Both the position numbers and the translations under genes were made by a program. From Ophelia neglecta (lineage: Eukaryota): DNA of 64,000 nucleotides. Positions 13,528 through 27,468 of this stretch are shown in pieces (position 1 is the stretch's first letter; the number at the start of each line of letters is the position of its first letter). The DNA is taken from positions 144,460,001 through 144,524,000 of the forward strand of contig OZ260661.1 of the NCBI GenBank assembly GCA_965285935.1. Reading direction: 5' to 3'. Under the pieces are notes generated by a model that did no database searches, had not been told where the DNA came from, and worked only from the letters and a program-made list of their open reading frames with translations.

Positions 13528-14240
13528 CAAAGCGTGGCCGAGTGGTTAGGGCATCCGCCTCGCAAGTGGTAGATCGGGGTTCAAATCTCGATCGCGTCAA
13601 ACCCAAGACGTAAAACTAGGTACTGATAGCTCCCCTCTCAGGCGCCCGGTATTTCGGGCATAGATATAGAGAATATAGAGAGAATCAACATCATTCTGGC
13701 CGTTTGTAGGTGGTGTTCTGCTTAAGCTTCGACGGCCTTTCCGTTTTTGGAGCGAGGGGGGTCATTTATCTGGGTGATCCTGGATAGCAGATAGTACGCT
13801 GACTGTGTCCATAAGCTCATCGCCTGACAAGCATTCCAATTCCCACTCCGATTCAATATTATCCGTATCTACCTCAGTCTCCGTCAGAATTATCTGGTCC
13901 CAGTTTATGTAAACCCTATTATTCGCTCGCCTTTTTCGTGCCATTGTAACAGAATATATCCAAATCGATCGGTAGCGTAAAAGTAAACACAGTGAAAAAT
14001 TTGCAAGATGGCTGCCGCTGACGCGCACGTTTGAAATCTCTCGATAATTGCCGATATTTAGTGTATTTTGGATACAAGAGGCGACACCTAGCGGAAATTT
14101 TCCAAACTGCTAGAGCGAGGCTAGGATCTTATAATGGCGCTTATGGCAGCTGCGTATCTATGGATTATACATATCTATGTTTCGGGGGAGTATCAGGACT
14201 GGTCAACCCGGTGTCAGTATAATGTGACTGGGTGGGGAAA
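13528..14240 (+). mobile_element. tRNA-derived SINE interrupted by a DNA-transposon insertion
   Basis: A box tggccgagtgg (13535), B box ggttcaaatct (13578). Body matches the uninterrupted minus-strand copy at 45215-45520 and resumes at 14180 (gtatcaggactggtcaacccggtgtcagtat). Confidence 0.85.
13659..14179. mobile_element. 521-bp non-autonomous DNA transposon, P-superfamily-like
   Basis: TIR catagatat...atatctatg; 7-bp TSD tttcggg at 13652-13658 and 14180-14186; CANRG termini with 7-8 bp TSD fit the P superfamily. Confidence 0.75.
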
Positions 14241-15509
14241 AGCCCCGTCTATCTTCTTTAACAGAGAGCCTGGCTGCACCTTGTCCCTTGAAGTAGTATT
14301 TACCCTCGGGTCCTCGCTGCAGATCATACAAATCTTTTGTGATCTAACGTTTTTTTCGACATAGTTTATTTTTACCCGGTATCTACCTTCAAGTTGGGGT
14401 TCACCTTCTACATTACCTGGAGGTAACATCGCGGAAAGGCTGGATCAGTAACAATCGCGACTTCCTCATCGCTTCAGACTGGCTTGCGATGGGGGTGGGA
14501 GTTTCAAACCTACAGGCACAGCTAGTGTGTATTGGTCCTAACAGTTATTTTGTGATAAATGACAGTGCCTCGGTTAGAGGGGGGATGGGGGGGGGGGGCG
14601 ACCACTGGGCGATGTAAGCAGAACCTGGTAATCCCTCACAACTTTCTGAGAAATCAAGTCCTCATATATCGGTATTCAAATTGTCTAAATATATATTTGC
14701 CAACTTAACACTCAACAAAGACATTGGATTTTATCATCTCCCCTTTGTCTTGTTCGATAGGATGGATATTAATTTAGTTCTATGAAAGGCAAACTCGGAG
14801 AATGAGCGCCGAACAAAACTCAGCAAGATGAATTCTAGGATAACTTATTTGCCTCGAGTAGAAGGCATATACACTGGGGGAAATTAGCAGAGATGGAATA
14901 AATATTGATAAATAACGTAATGAGGTTTGCGGGAGCTGCCATTGGTATAGATAGAAAGAGGGTAGGTTACGGGTGTCCCCGTTCCCATATCCAGTGTGAT
15001 AAAGAGCAAATCCCGAATCACGGATGTTTAAAGTCTGGATTTTTCATGCCATTAGGGATAAGGTATTTCCCGTTTTCCAATATACACTGTTTCGAAAAAG
15101 AAGAAACCACGACGGAAATTATTGTTTCATCGTATTTCATGTGGGCTGAACACACAGGTTTTAAGGCACATATGACAGGCCATATATGTGTATATGTATA
15201 TGTGTATTCTAAACCGATTCCCTGAGGGTTTTATTGCCAGTCCAAACCAATTTCTCTTTGCAGCAGCAATATTTTTAACAAAACTTCTGGCCAGATATCA
15301 AACACTTATTCATTGATCGGTGACAACCCTCTCTTCAGACATTCTAAACCACCTTACAGAACAAATTGGTAGTTTTATTCAAAAGGCGCCTGGTTTTCTA
15401 TAAGTTTAGAAGTTTTTGGTTGCTGAATTATCCACGCCATCGGAGTTCTGTTACACAGACCTGGCTTCGACACCAAACGGAAAATCATCAATCAAACGAT
15501 AAATACATT

Positions 15510-16595
15510 GACATTTGAATACTGCTATTCAGCAAAGATGAGTAGGGAGCACTTCTCAACAATAAGAGAGATTACTAGTGATGGTTTCCATAAGAGGAGA
15601 CTGAGACTTGGTACATTTGAATACTGCTATTCAGCAAAGATGAGTAGGGAGCACCTTTCAACAAAAAGAGAGATTACTAGTGATGGTTTCCATAAGAGGA
15701 GAAATTCCTAGCGATGCTGCCCATATCAGGAGAGATTCCTAGCGATGCTGACAATAGCAGGAGAGATACCTAGTGATTCTGCCCATGACTGGAAATATTG
15801 CCAGTGATGCTGCCCGTAACATAAGGGATTCCGAGGGACGCTGCCCATATCAGGAGACATTCCTAGTGACGCTGCCCATATCAGGAGAGTTTCCTAGTGA
15901 CGCTGCCCATAGCAGGAGACATTTCTAGTGACGCTGGCCACAACAAGAGAGCTTCATAGTGATGCTGCCAATGACTAGAGATATTTCTAGCGATACTGGC
16001 CACAACAAGAGAGCTTCCTAGTGATGCTGCCCATGACTGGAGATATTTCTAGTGATGCTGCCCATATCAGGAGAGATTCCTAGCGTTGCAGCCCATAGCA
16101 GGAGAGATTCCTAGCGATGCAGCCCATAGCAGGAGAGATACCTAGTGACGCTGCCCATAACAGGAGAGATTCCTTGTGACGCTGCCCATAACAGGAGATA
16201 TTTCTCGTGACGCTGCCCGTAACATAAGGGATTCCTAGTGACGCGGCCCATAGCAGGAGATATTTCTAGTGACGCTGCCCATAGCAGGAGAGATTCCTAG
16301 TAACGCTGCTCATAACAGAACGGGAGAGATTCCTAGTAACGCGGCCCATAGCAGGAGATATTTCTAGTGACGCTGCCCATAGCAGGAGACATTCCTAGCG
16401 ATGCTGGCCACAACAGGATAGATACCTAGTGATGCTGGCCACAACAAGAGAGATTCCTAGTGACGCTGGCCACAACAAGAGAGATTGCTAGTGATGCTGC
16501 CCATGACTGGAAATATTACTAGTGATGCTGCCTATAGCAGGAGAGATACCTAGCGATGCTGCCCATAGCAGGAGAGATTCCTAGTGATGCTGTCC
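15510..16595. repeat. ~100-bp direct duplication followed by a 30-31 bp minisatellite (ttcctagtgacgctgcccatagcaggagaga)
   Basis: acatttgaatactgctattcagc twice (15511, 15613), then about 29 short units. Confidence 0.93.
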
Positions 16596-17018
16596 ACATT
16601 ACAAGTCATAACATGGTGGCCTTGATCCTGTCATGAACTGTCCTTCTGGCAGCATTTGATACCAGGAAGTGCTAAAATGACTTCAACACCACAGGGAGGG
16701 GACTTGGGGAGGTGGGAGAGGGGTTGTGCATGATTGTTGGGGGTTAATGACGATGGTGGGATGCGGGGCCGGGTAGTCTCATCGGCAGTCAATGGCTCAC
16801 GGACCTGTAGGTCTTCCTGGAGCGGATATATTGAATGGCATTCGTTACGGCGACCACAATGCGGAGTGGTTCTGTACATCGATCACATCCGGACATAATT
16901 AGGATGGCACTGCTCGTGATATCGACCACTATTCTGAACATCTCACCCCACGACGTGACAATCACCACAGTAGATTACTAAGACCGATGGGACCATCTCT
17001 ACGATATACCGTGCGATG

Positions 17019-17154
17019 TTTAGTGTGCGTTTCCATTGAAGCGGGAGTGCTTTATTTACCGGTTCAGTGGTGATAGAGTTCATTAGCTTTGGTCAGACAA
17101 GCAGAGTTACGCAACATCGACGCAATAGGGGCTTCAATGGAAATGCACACTAAA
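17019..17154. mobile_element. Small MITE (PIF/Harbinger-like, TWA flanks)
   Basis: 24-bp inverted repeat with 1 mismatch: tttagtgtgcgtttccattgaagc / gcttcaatggaaatgcacactaaa. Confidence 0.75.
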
Positions 17155-17219
17155 TCGGTTAAGTTAGCTAACACCTCGATTGACTCACCGCCCTATCCGA
17201 AGTAACTCTGTCCTATATA

Positions 17220-17395
17220 CAGTGAAACCTGTGAATTAAGACCACCCAAGGTACTGGAAAATGCTGGTCTGATTTTGGAGGTGGTCTGTTCAGAAAGGTT
17301 ATTTGACATTGAAAGTATAGAGCATGGTCCTCATATGGTGGTCTGAATTGACAGGTGGTCTGATTATAGAGGTGGTTTTAAGCCAGGTTTCACTG
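17220..17395. mobile_element. Tc1/mariner-type MITE (TA TSD)
   Basis: ta|cagtgaaacctg...caggtttcactg|ta; three copies in the window. Confidence 0.88.
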
Positions 17396-17557
17396 TATAA
17401 TTGTTACTTACACCAACAAGGGCGGGACCCTACAATAAGCTGTAATCAATCAATGAAAATAGCTACCAGGATGTAGCTGGTGAAGAGCGATACCACAGGG
17501 CTTTGTGACAGGCACTAACACACTTACGTTCTGTCGTCAGTAACAGATGTGTCCTGG

Positions 17558-17702
17558 TCAGAATCAGAATCAGAAGTTTATTTATTTTGTCCAATCACGA
17601 GTATATACATACAATAAACAATCAAAATAGGCTTTACATACATGAAATGAACAGGGTGACCCTCACTAAGGCTGCTGTGCTGCCGCTAGCGTGGGGGCCA
17701 CC
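17558..17702 (-). mobile_element. 3' tail fragment of a LINE (CR1/L2-like)
   Basis: (tcagaa)n tail next to tttattt, and a GC-rich hairpin gggtgaccctcacta...tagcgtgggggccaccc. Confidence 0.55.
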
Positions 17703-19083
17703 CTCTATATAAAACCATCTATCGATTCGCCGAAAAAGTAGATAATAGTAAATAAATGTTATAATAATGAAGAATAACAAGCAAATTATATCAAAGTACA
17801 ATATACAACATACATGTGATTACAAAGGAAGATGATTGCGATGAAATATGAATCATAAAAGAAAACATTTTGAGGCTAGTGGACCGCTATTTTAGGGCTC
17901 AAATCGCAAGAAAGCCCACGCAACATGTTTTAACTATAGCATGTCAGAGCTCACCAAGCGTCTCAGAGAAGTACACTATTCCGAAGTCATTCAGCCAACA
18001 GGAGGAGTAATTTAGTTCGTGTTCATCTAGGCATTCACTGTCGTTTTCTTGTGGGTATCGAATAATTCAGACCTATCTTCCTGGAAATGTTCGCCGCGTT
18101 ATCATAGCTGATGCGGTAAAACGACGGATCTAATCAGCTTAATTGTACATTTGACTAGTGAGGTGACTTAATACTCGTCACAAAGCTTGTGTGTCATTAC
18201 CCTGCGTGACGTCATTGATATCTGTACTAGACGTCGGATATTGAGCAATGAATTTCGCGTAATGTACGTAGGATTCTTGCCACATATGTGAATTTGACAG
18301 GTGCCTGATGAATATCAAATGAAATGGACCCAAACAATGTCAAGAACATGCAACCCGAGTCAGACAATAACATACAGGCCGGGATTTCACCTTATAAGGA
18401 TCTCGACAGACGGCTGTGGGTTTTGATACCAATATAAGAGAGTTGGTTTAAGAATTGGCTATTGGTAATTAGCGTCCTCTGTGCGTTGAAAGCAAAGTCA
18501 AAACTCCACCAGATGTAACGTATGCTGATAAACAAACCTCGTTTCGCTCGGGTTTTTTTATTTTTAATTCAAGGCCACTGTAATCCTAGTTCGTAAAATC
18601 TCATGTAATTTCTCCATGTTCGGTTGTATGAGTTTGGTAGAGGTATCAATCTCATGCTTATCAATGATGCCTTAATTGAGCAAAACGTAGTTCACACGCC
18701 ACCGAGACGGGTCAGAAGAGGCAGCCGGCACCTTATCTCGTCTGTAGAGGCCGTTTAAACATCAACTCACACAATAGTTTGATTTATCATTGGCGTTACT
18801 CTCCTCATTCCGCTAGTCTGAATTATACCATCTCATCGCCCACGGAAAGGCAGGTTGCCATAGTAATCAATCTCTGAGCTACTTTATATCTGCTCGCTTC
18901 TCTGAATGGGACAGAAATGGTGTTCGGACATCAGGCATCAGCGTAGTAATACAGCGGAGGAATACCATCTAGTCTGTCTGTCTTTACCTTACTATGGAAA
19001 GAACAAATTTAATTATTTGTAATATGGATTAAGCGATTAAGACAGGCATATGATGCACACTGACAACCCGTTTTATCCATATA

Positions 19084-19261
19084 CAGTGAAACCTGTAAAT
19101 TAATACCACTAAAGGAACTGGAGAATACTGGTCTGATTTTGGTGGTGGTCTGTTTGGACAGGTTATTTTACATTAAAAGTATATAGCAACACCCTCATAG
19201 TTGTGGTCTGGATTGGCAGGTGGTCTGATTATAGAGGTGGTCTTTAAGGCAGGTTTCACTG
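19084..19261. mobile_element. Tc1/mariner-type MITE, copy 2
   Basis: ta|cagtgaaacctg...caggtttcactg|ta, colinear with 17220-17395. Confidence 0.88.
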
Positions 19262-19690
19262 TATTGTGTGCATAGAAGAGCTTTTGCATGGTTGTTTTGG
19301 ATAAGATCAGTAGACATCAGGTTTCTGGTTTGAGTATCAAACAGCCCCAGAAAGTGGCAGAAAGAGATGAACCTGACTGTATGTATACTTACATACAGTT
19401 CCAAACAGTGGCAGAAGATCAAGGGGACATTGACCAGGAAGGAAAAGATCAGGGGCATACTGACCACAGAGGAGATCACCAGGTGCATATAAGCGTGCGG
19501 TATTCAATGAAAGAAGGGCCACGTTTCTCATAAACACACTGTGTTAACTACTACAGTTACCTAGTAGTGATTATATACAATTAAGATGGACAAGATTTGG
19601 TTTTCCACGTGTCTATGAAACAGAGATCCGTTATGTAAAACTCGGATATTAGTAAACAGAAGTGATATTTATCCCTTTTGTTACGCTAAA

Positions 19691-19828
19691 ATGTTGACAG
19701 TGACACAGCACCACCCTACCGATGGACCATCCACTTCGGCGAATATCCCTAGCATCCGGGTACTAAATAGCAAGAAAACCAAAATAGTCCGAGATCCTAA
19801 CCAACTACCAAGTTTAGAGGAATTAGAG
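19691..19828 (+). CDS. Candidate alternative first coding exon: MLTVTQHHPTDGPSTSANIPSIRVLNSKKTKIVRDPNQLPSLEELE
   Basis: aaaATG, 46 open codons, GAG|gtaagg phase-0 donor. Confidence 0.6.
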
Positions 19829-19992
19829 GTAAGGCCAAAGGTAGATTCTTCAGCATGGCTCATTTCAATACAAACAGGTGCAGATTTCATATTCACTAAT
19901 ATTAACCGGCCATTACAGATAAGCCTTCGTGTGAAAAGAATTTACCCGAATTGTTAAACCAGCACATTTCCTATGTACCATTTGTAGACCTT

Positions 19993-20375
19993 TCTGTATG
20001 TGATTTACCTGCGTAACCCTAATATCTGTATGTGATTTACCTGCGTAACCCTAATATCTGTATGTGATTTACCTGCGTAACTCTGATATCTGTATGTGAT
20101 TTACCTGCGTAACCCTAATATTTTCTATGTGATTTGCCGGCATTGGACTGCTTTCTTTGGCATTTGTGTACACAGGCCTTCTTTCTATGTGTCATTTGTG
20201 TACACAGGCCTTCGTTCTGTGTGTCATTTGTTTACACAGGCCTTCTTTCTGTATGTCATTTGTCTATGCGGGCCTAATTTCTGTATGTCATTTGTGTACA
20301 CAGGACTATTTACTTTCTGTATGTCATTTGTCTACGAAGGCCTACTTTTTTTCATGTCATTTGTCTACGCAGGCC
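19993..20375. repeat. ~31-32 bp minisatellite drifting from tctgtatgtgatttacctgcgtaaccctaata to tctgtatgtcatttgtgtacacaggcctt
   Basis: About 12 copies visible. Confidence 0.9.
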
Positions 20376-21205
20376 AACTTTCTCTTCCTGTCTAAGTAGG
20401 GCTACTTTCAGCTGGAAATCACTCTAGCATTAATTAATGACGAAATTCATGTCAACAATTTATCGTTAAGTATGATTAGTGTATTGTTTCTCGCCCATGA
20501 TAAATTCTACGTTTACACTTATAGCTCATAGTGTTAATGCACCTGACTCGTACATATGTCTTTAAAGACCACATTCAATAGTTGGGCCTAGTCCAGCGCA
20601 TTCTGAGGTTCCAGTTCCACACATTAACTGACCAAGCCTGCATATTATCTAGGTTTTGTACAATGTGGAATATCCAAATTATATTTACTCGCCACGAACA
20701 CACGAACACCTGCTCCATATTCCCATCTGGATGCGTGAAAATTTGTGACCTCTCTTTGGGACATGAACAAGCCCAAACCAGTAAACTCTGTCCTCTCATG
20801 AACTGACCTTTCCTTGGACGAGCAATCTATTTCCAGCTCCCTAATCCGTAGACCCTTGCGGTGGCGGCCATTATACGCTATTAAACAATGACCCCACTCC
20901 TCGTAATAAGGTCGCAAGCTGTGATTCAAAATCCCATATATGTAACCTGACGGCAATGACTCGTTCAAGTCTCGAGAGAACCAGAAACCTCTTACAAATC
21001 TGTTATTTTCGCCTTTTACTGCATCATTCGTTTCAGTTTATTGAATTAATCCGCACTTTCCAAAAGAGGGCAGTTCATAAATGATTTCCGCTGCGCAACA
21101 TATGACCAGCAATCGACCATTTTTATATTTTTTTTCCAGCATTCTGACACTGTTAATTAGAAACTTTTTACTAGCAGGACATTTGTGCCAATTTACTATG
21201 AGTGA

Positions 21206-21452
21206 TTAGCCTACGTAGGACGAGGGGCTAATCACTCCCTAGGCTAATTCGGCGACATGTTTAGCATACGTAGGCATATTTTCCAGGGCAAAATCACTCC
21301 CTAGGCTAATTCAGCGACGTGGTTACCCTACGTAGGAATATTTTCCAGGGCGAATCACACCTTAGGCTAATTCGGCGAAATGGTTATTCTACGGGAGGAA
21401 TATTTTTCCAGGGCAAAGTCACTCCCCAGGCCACGTGGTTAGCCTACGTAGG
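21206..21452. repeat. ~60-bp tandem repeat, about 4 copies
   Basis: cctacgtagg..ttttccagggc..aatcactccctaggctaattcggcga. Confidence 0.85.
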
Positions 21453-22017
21453 GCCATTAATGATAACGTATTTTACTGAGTATTGATTGCGTGTTTTCCG
21501 AAAAGAAACACAGTATGATGCTAGGGATAAATGAAAGTCACTGTAGACAATATAATTAGATAACCCTCATCGTTAAAACCCTGGTGGTGGAATACTAGTG
21601 TTTTTTTCGCTCACCGCAAATTAATTGTCAGATGTAGTAGTAATGCCCCAGTGTAGATATTCAGGTGTTTTATCCCCCCCCCCCCCCACACACACACGCA
21701 CACACTCCCGTTGCTATGTTTATGTTATAGATGGTAGCCAGTATTCACAAGATACAGACATCAATCTGATTATCTTGTCGTACTTACCGGCTAACCGTGC
21801 TAGTCATTTCACAAGGCTAAACTCCACAACTACCAGCAATACATTGTCCAATATCAAACTGACATTTTGCAGAGGCAGATTAGGGCACTGTCGTGTGTCC
21901 TCAATTAACCCCAATTATATATTAAGAAGACTAGCCGAGAACTGATGAATATATATTACACGATTATAGCGTTTGCGGGAATATTTACGCTGTATGATAA
22001 AGCTATATAATAAGATT

Positions 22018-22389
22018 TAACCTACTTTGTGTAGCACTTTACCATATATGGAAATTATGATTCGTTATTACCCACTATAGGGGGGTGCAATAAACTCCTC
22101 AGAGCTTCCATTTAATTCTCCTTCCACTATTATGTATCGTTTTTCTATTTATGATTGAAAGTATGTATTCCTATGGATATGTGGTAGATACACTTCACTT
22201 CACTTATGAAGCACGCTAACCTATACCTTGTGTAGCACTTTACCATCTATGTTTATTATGATTCGTTATGGGGGTATGCAATAAGCTCCTTGCAGCTTCC
22301 ATTTTATTCTCCTTCCACTATTATGTATCTACTCTAGTATATATTCCTATGATTATGATATGTAGTAAATAAAATTCACTTTACTTCAG
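22018..22389. repeat. Diverged ~190-bp tandem duplication
   Basis: ttgtgtagcactttaccat...ttctccttccactattatgtatc occurs twice. Confidence 0.85.
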
Positions 22390-25300
22390 TTTATATCTGC
22401 ATATACATCTTAATACTTGTGACACTCATCACCGTGTAATCACTGGGTACGTAGATGTATACACGGCAGACAAAGCGAAATCATTGGTCAAGAACAGTCC
22501 ATTAAATTGGTCAAGAAACACCAGTCACTGGCCCCAACACATCAATCCCCCTCTCCCAACTAGGACTAAAATGTGTAATGCAAAAATAAAGATAAGAAAG
22601 CATATATCTCGGTTATCTTGATATTAATTTAGGAGGTTTCTTTTTTATATGCCTTTTCATCCGTTCCACAGCTTTAAACAACATTAATATAATGTTTTTA
22701 AATTTCTGAGTATTTGTATACATGCCCGGGGGCTGAAGCTACGTCAAATGTATAGTCAGGTATATGCTGTTTTACATCAAGAGTTTATTTTACCATGTTC
22801 CTCTTGAGTATGTAGAGACCTTTTACACCCGTCTCAGGACTTTATCGAGATTAATCCATTTTAACTCACTATTAAGATCCTAGTCCACTACAGACTTTCC
22901 CATTCCATCTCTGTCGTTGAATACTTTATCTTTATTATGTGCTATGCATTGTAGAAAAAAAGTTGACTACTTAAGGTGATATCAATATTTTTTTAACTAA
23001 TTTCATTTCAAACTTATTTATAATTTGGTTTTATCCAATAAGAGAGTCTTGTCTGACTCATTGTACAAAAAAAAAATAATATACATATGTAAACAGAGTT
23101 AACACATTACAGGTCACACAAGTAAACACCAGTAGTAGAACAGAAATGTAATAGGCATATCGCGTTTTATTTTCTCTTCATCAAAGGCAAAGCCGCATTT
23201 TTTGAAAATAACAAGCACATCACTAACCAACGTACTGAAGCAACGCTGAGACGAACAAATAGGGTCTAAAACACTTAAGAAGAATTTTTTTCCTTGGACT
23301 TGGCCAACAATCTGCAGATAAAAACGCATTACGCCACTAGTCATTTCTATACCTGAAAGAAAGACACCACACTCTCCATACATTGCAAGAGTGTTTGTGG
23401 ACTGCTTGACCCAAACTTCATGTTCAGGTGATACAATTTTCTAAAAGACATATAGCAGCTGGGCGGGCGCCCTATAACTCACCTCCATTATGGGTTTAAT
23501 ACTGGAGTCAAATGACGATAAGGACACATCTAGCGGCAATTGACCCATCGATTGGGCCATTTTCTACTAGCAAAAACTGGTTTAAAACCATATCATACAA
23601 ATACCGATAATTCGTTTAAAAGATGTCACCCGAAATAGATCTGACCTCATGAAGTTGGTTACCTATGTATTTGTTCTGCTTAACACGCTGTAGAACATGA
23701 TCGCAAAATTTAATTTCAGCGCTCGCCACGCTTGTACATTCTTTAGCATGACCATGTATTTGGTTTTCGGTCATCAAAAGTTATAAGAGTTTTACTACAA
23801 AAAGTGAATAGCCCGTTGACCAGAGACTGTAGACCGCCGAGACAATCAAGGACCAAGATAAGGTCATCAGCCCATTAAAGGTGCAGAATAGATTCGCCGT
23901 CTATGACAATAGCTGACGTAACCAACTTGGTTCACTCCTGATAGACATTTCATTAAACCGCTCAGGCCCTCCGATCTTTTGACCCTGAACCTAGTTTTCG
24001 AATACTGGTCAAACCAAGTATTTATAACTTTATCGTGCAAATCTGACTTAGAATGATTGAATCTTTTTATAAGGGGTAATTTCATATACATGTATAGTAT
24101 TTTTTCCCCTGGTTCTGAGTCCCTCGGGACGCTAGCTGTAGCCGCTAGGCTGACGCCCATTGGTGCAGGGTGAACATTTATGTTTTAAAGAAAAGAATAT
24201 GTCTGCTAATCACGTCAATCGCCTTTGAACAATCAACAAAACAGACACACATAATTCTCCCAATACATAACTGTATCTGTATTAAGTCCCAATAGAATAA
24301 ACATTGTCACAGGTCCTTTATGAATCCACCGTTAAATTGATCCTTGGGCTAGACATTCAGGGAATTGTGATGTAGTAAATAGTCAAACAAATACTTAAAG
24401 CATGGGTCAAGCTGCGCCTTAATGAATTCCTCTGGAATGCAGTCATGTACGGTGGGTAGTGATCTGCGGAGTGATATCTGTGGGCGTGCAGGTGACAATC
24501 CCTGGTTTCGAACCGATTAACTGCACTATCCTGGAATTATGAATCTATTTGAGAATCAACTCCCATGATTTCTCTATTATTTTCTATAGCTCTTGGTCCC
24601 CCCGTTCCACCCACGGTCCCACGGGTGTCTTGTTCAATTATTTTGTCTCTGAGTTCACTGCGTTCTATGTCATCGTTGCACATCCATCACACATGGTATT
24701 ATGAATCCTTTTCGACTCATTTGAATTGAGCAGTCAAGCTGCCTTGCAATCGCCTGGCTAATTAGCAATCCCATCCAGGCCATTGGGCAGCCGACGATAA
24801 CATATTGCTAATTTGACCCTCAGTGTGGTGTTCCAAGGCCTTGTGTTTTCCGATGTATTGGTGGCAGGGGACTTAGGGCTGGGGGCTGCCGAGAAAATGG
24901 ATTACATAAAACTATAGATATCTCGCACATTGATCGATCGAGACTCGTTAGCGCAGTGTCCGTTGAGTTTAGAATTTAATATTGCTGACTGCTAAACATG
25001 TCTGGGAATTATTGATGGCGATAAAACTATTCCTCCCACATTCCCTCTGGTAATAGCGATATTAAGGAATTTTATCATTTCCTGAGGTGTCGTTCCTAAA
25101 TGTAAGATTTTACCAAGAGTTATTTTTGTGTCTGTTTATTGTTTGTAAGCCAAGGCGGACTCCACGCTTTTACTGACAAGGTTCCCATGAGAATACATGT
25201 TAAGTCTTTACTATGAATAACTGGGTAAACTACTTTACTGAACAAACCTGTTCGTTATAAATTTTGTGTGTCTGGTGGTACAATTTACCATCCCCAAGCA

Positions 25301-27341
25301 GGTTAATCTATTAATGAGTTTAGGAAAATGAGTCCCAGGGACCTAACAAACCAGGGGACTTCAATTACTTGAACGGCAAAAAGTATGTCTGTTACCTAAA
25401 GCACCACCACCGCCCGGCCCTAACAAAAAGGTCGCAATTGGGAAAAACCTACTAATCTAAATTGATATGCATCAGTATTATTGAATTGTTTTTTTCGGAT
25501 TGTCTTTGATCATCTGGAAATTGATTGAGTCAAAAGTCTGTCAAAAGAATTCAAGAATAACCTCTGATTAAAATACCAAGCAGGTAACTTAAGAGATTTC
25601 CTAGCAGAGTGAGTTGATTACTCTGGTCAATGCGCAAATGTCTTTTCATAGCATTGAATATGATAATGGTGATAATGTGAGTCGATACCCGGACGACTAA
25701 TAGAAGCACAACTAGAGATGAAGAATAAGGACATGGATAGTAGGGATTGTGGGTTTAAATCCCCGAGCCCATGGGTTTTCCTTGATTGTCCCTTAGCTCA
25801 CACAAGTTAGAATCGTAATTAGAAAAATCTCTTTAGAGTTATACTGCCAATAACTAAAATATTAGAAAAAAAGTTCTAAAAAGTTTGGACATGGATATTT
25901 TACTCCATAGTCTATGTTTATTGCCATTTTTTTCTGATAATTCTGTCACAAACAAAGGTCTCGAAGTTTCGAAGTGTACACCCCATATGCCAGGGAAATA
26001 GGAATATTGCTATCAAGAAATGGCGAGTTAACAATGGCGAATAAGAATGAATAAGTGCCTTGGACAACCAACATTTTCTTGTTCCACAGCGCTAGTTAAC
26101 GGACCTAACGGTGACCTGAAGGTGACCTCAGGGAGACTTGAACGAGACCTCAAGGTGACCTCAAGAAAATCCCCGTAAGCCCCAGAATCAGGTCACATCT
26201 CAATAGTACGATTACTGATGAAGAATCATCGAAGGCTTCCCCAAAGCTATAACGCCAACAATTCCACATCATATCGAATAAGCGGAAGTTTCCAACAATC
26301 AATAATGACTAAACAGCAGATGCAATAATCATGTGGGAACTAATCTTTGTAACTAGATGTAGCAACTAAGTCTGAGTTTGCCATCATCATATGAAATAAG
26401 CTTTATTGAACAGCTGTGTAATAGTTGAAGTTAGAGGCTTAAGAAGTGACATCCCCTTGTGGTATGGCTTATGTAAGAGAGAACCCGACTTATCAAACTC
26501 ACTTTTCTTTACTACTGTGTAGTGTAGAGTTAGCGGTGCCGCACGGTTAGGACCAGTTGTATACTTAGTACTACTTGTCAGTTGTTCTCGTATGTAGCTG
26601 TAGCTGATGGTAGCTACACTACTCCTGTTGAGGGGATTGATCCTAACTCATAGATGATTGCATTACCACACTGCAGACAGAAAGTCCGTTATGCACTGCG
26701 GTACCTCGATTTATAGCCTTATTCTGGTCATTATATTTGGACCAAATAAATAGACTATTTATCATGTATATATATATATATATATATTCATATATACATA
26801 TTCCAGGGCCCGTTTTCTGGATAATAATCGGGAATTCTGATATTTAGAATTTGTATTACCTGCCAAATGCTTATAGCAGCCTTAAATCTGGTTCTCCTAA
26901 TTCGTTCGCCTAATCCATTCTAGTGGTTGTTTGTTATCTACGGCGGCTGCAGTTTCGCGTTGCCATGGTAGAAAATTACCATAGTGGTGATAACTTACTC
27001 AGAAGGATGATGATAGTATATGATGTGAAAATTGGTGAAATTGGTCATTTAGTAGTTAGAGCGCCAGCGGGGGTACGGAAATTAAAACGCGGACGGGTTT
27101 TAATCAGAAAAGACAGTAAGAGTGAAATATCGTTTACCTCGTCTACACCAGAGCTAAGGCCACCCCAGAGGATCGTTATATTATTGCCCACTCCTTCCTT
27201 TATTGTTAAGGGTGGGCAAGTATTTTAATTATCAGTTTAACGTCGCGAAAATGCCAGCATATATCACCATCACTGTGCGGCCATTATGTGAAGTACGTAG
27301 TCAGCTTTGAAGTATAGGTCATCCTGTACAAAATTGAGCAC

Positions 27342-27468
27342 AATTCAGTTGTAGTCGTCTAAGGGGTTCAAAGTAAACTAATTATTACAATTAATACGAA
27401 CTGGAATTCAGTTGTAGTCGTCTAAGGGGTTCAAAGTAAACTAATTATTACAATTAATACGAACTGGA
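27342..27468. repeat. Perfect ~63-bp tandem duplication
   Basis: aattcagttgtagtcgtctaaggggttcaaagtaaactaattattacaattaatacgaactgg twice. Confidence 0.95.

Noticed and set aside
20575-20968. Possible decayed His-Me/HNH endonuclease on the minus strand (HCLIAYNGRHRKG ... PHCTKP ... ELEP)
   Set aside because: Only a vague resemblance; the SHLC/HNH core is absent and stops intervene.
26047-26178. MNKCLGQPTFSCSTALVNGPNGDLKVTSGRLERDLKVTSRKSP as an exon
   Set aside because: Phase-0 donors are weak (gtgacc), the gtaagc donor is phase 2, and the content is a short internal repeat.
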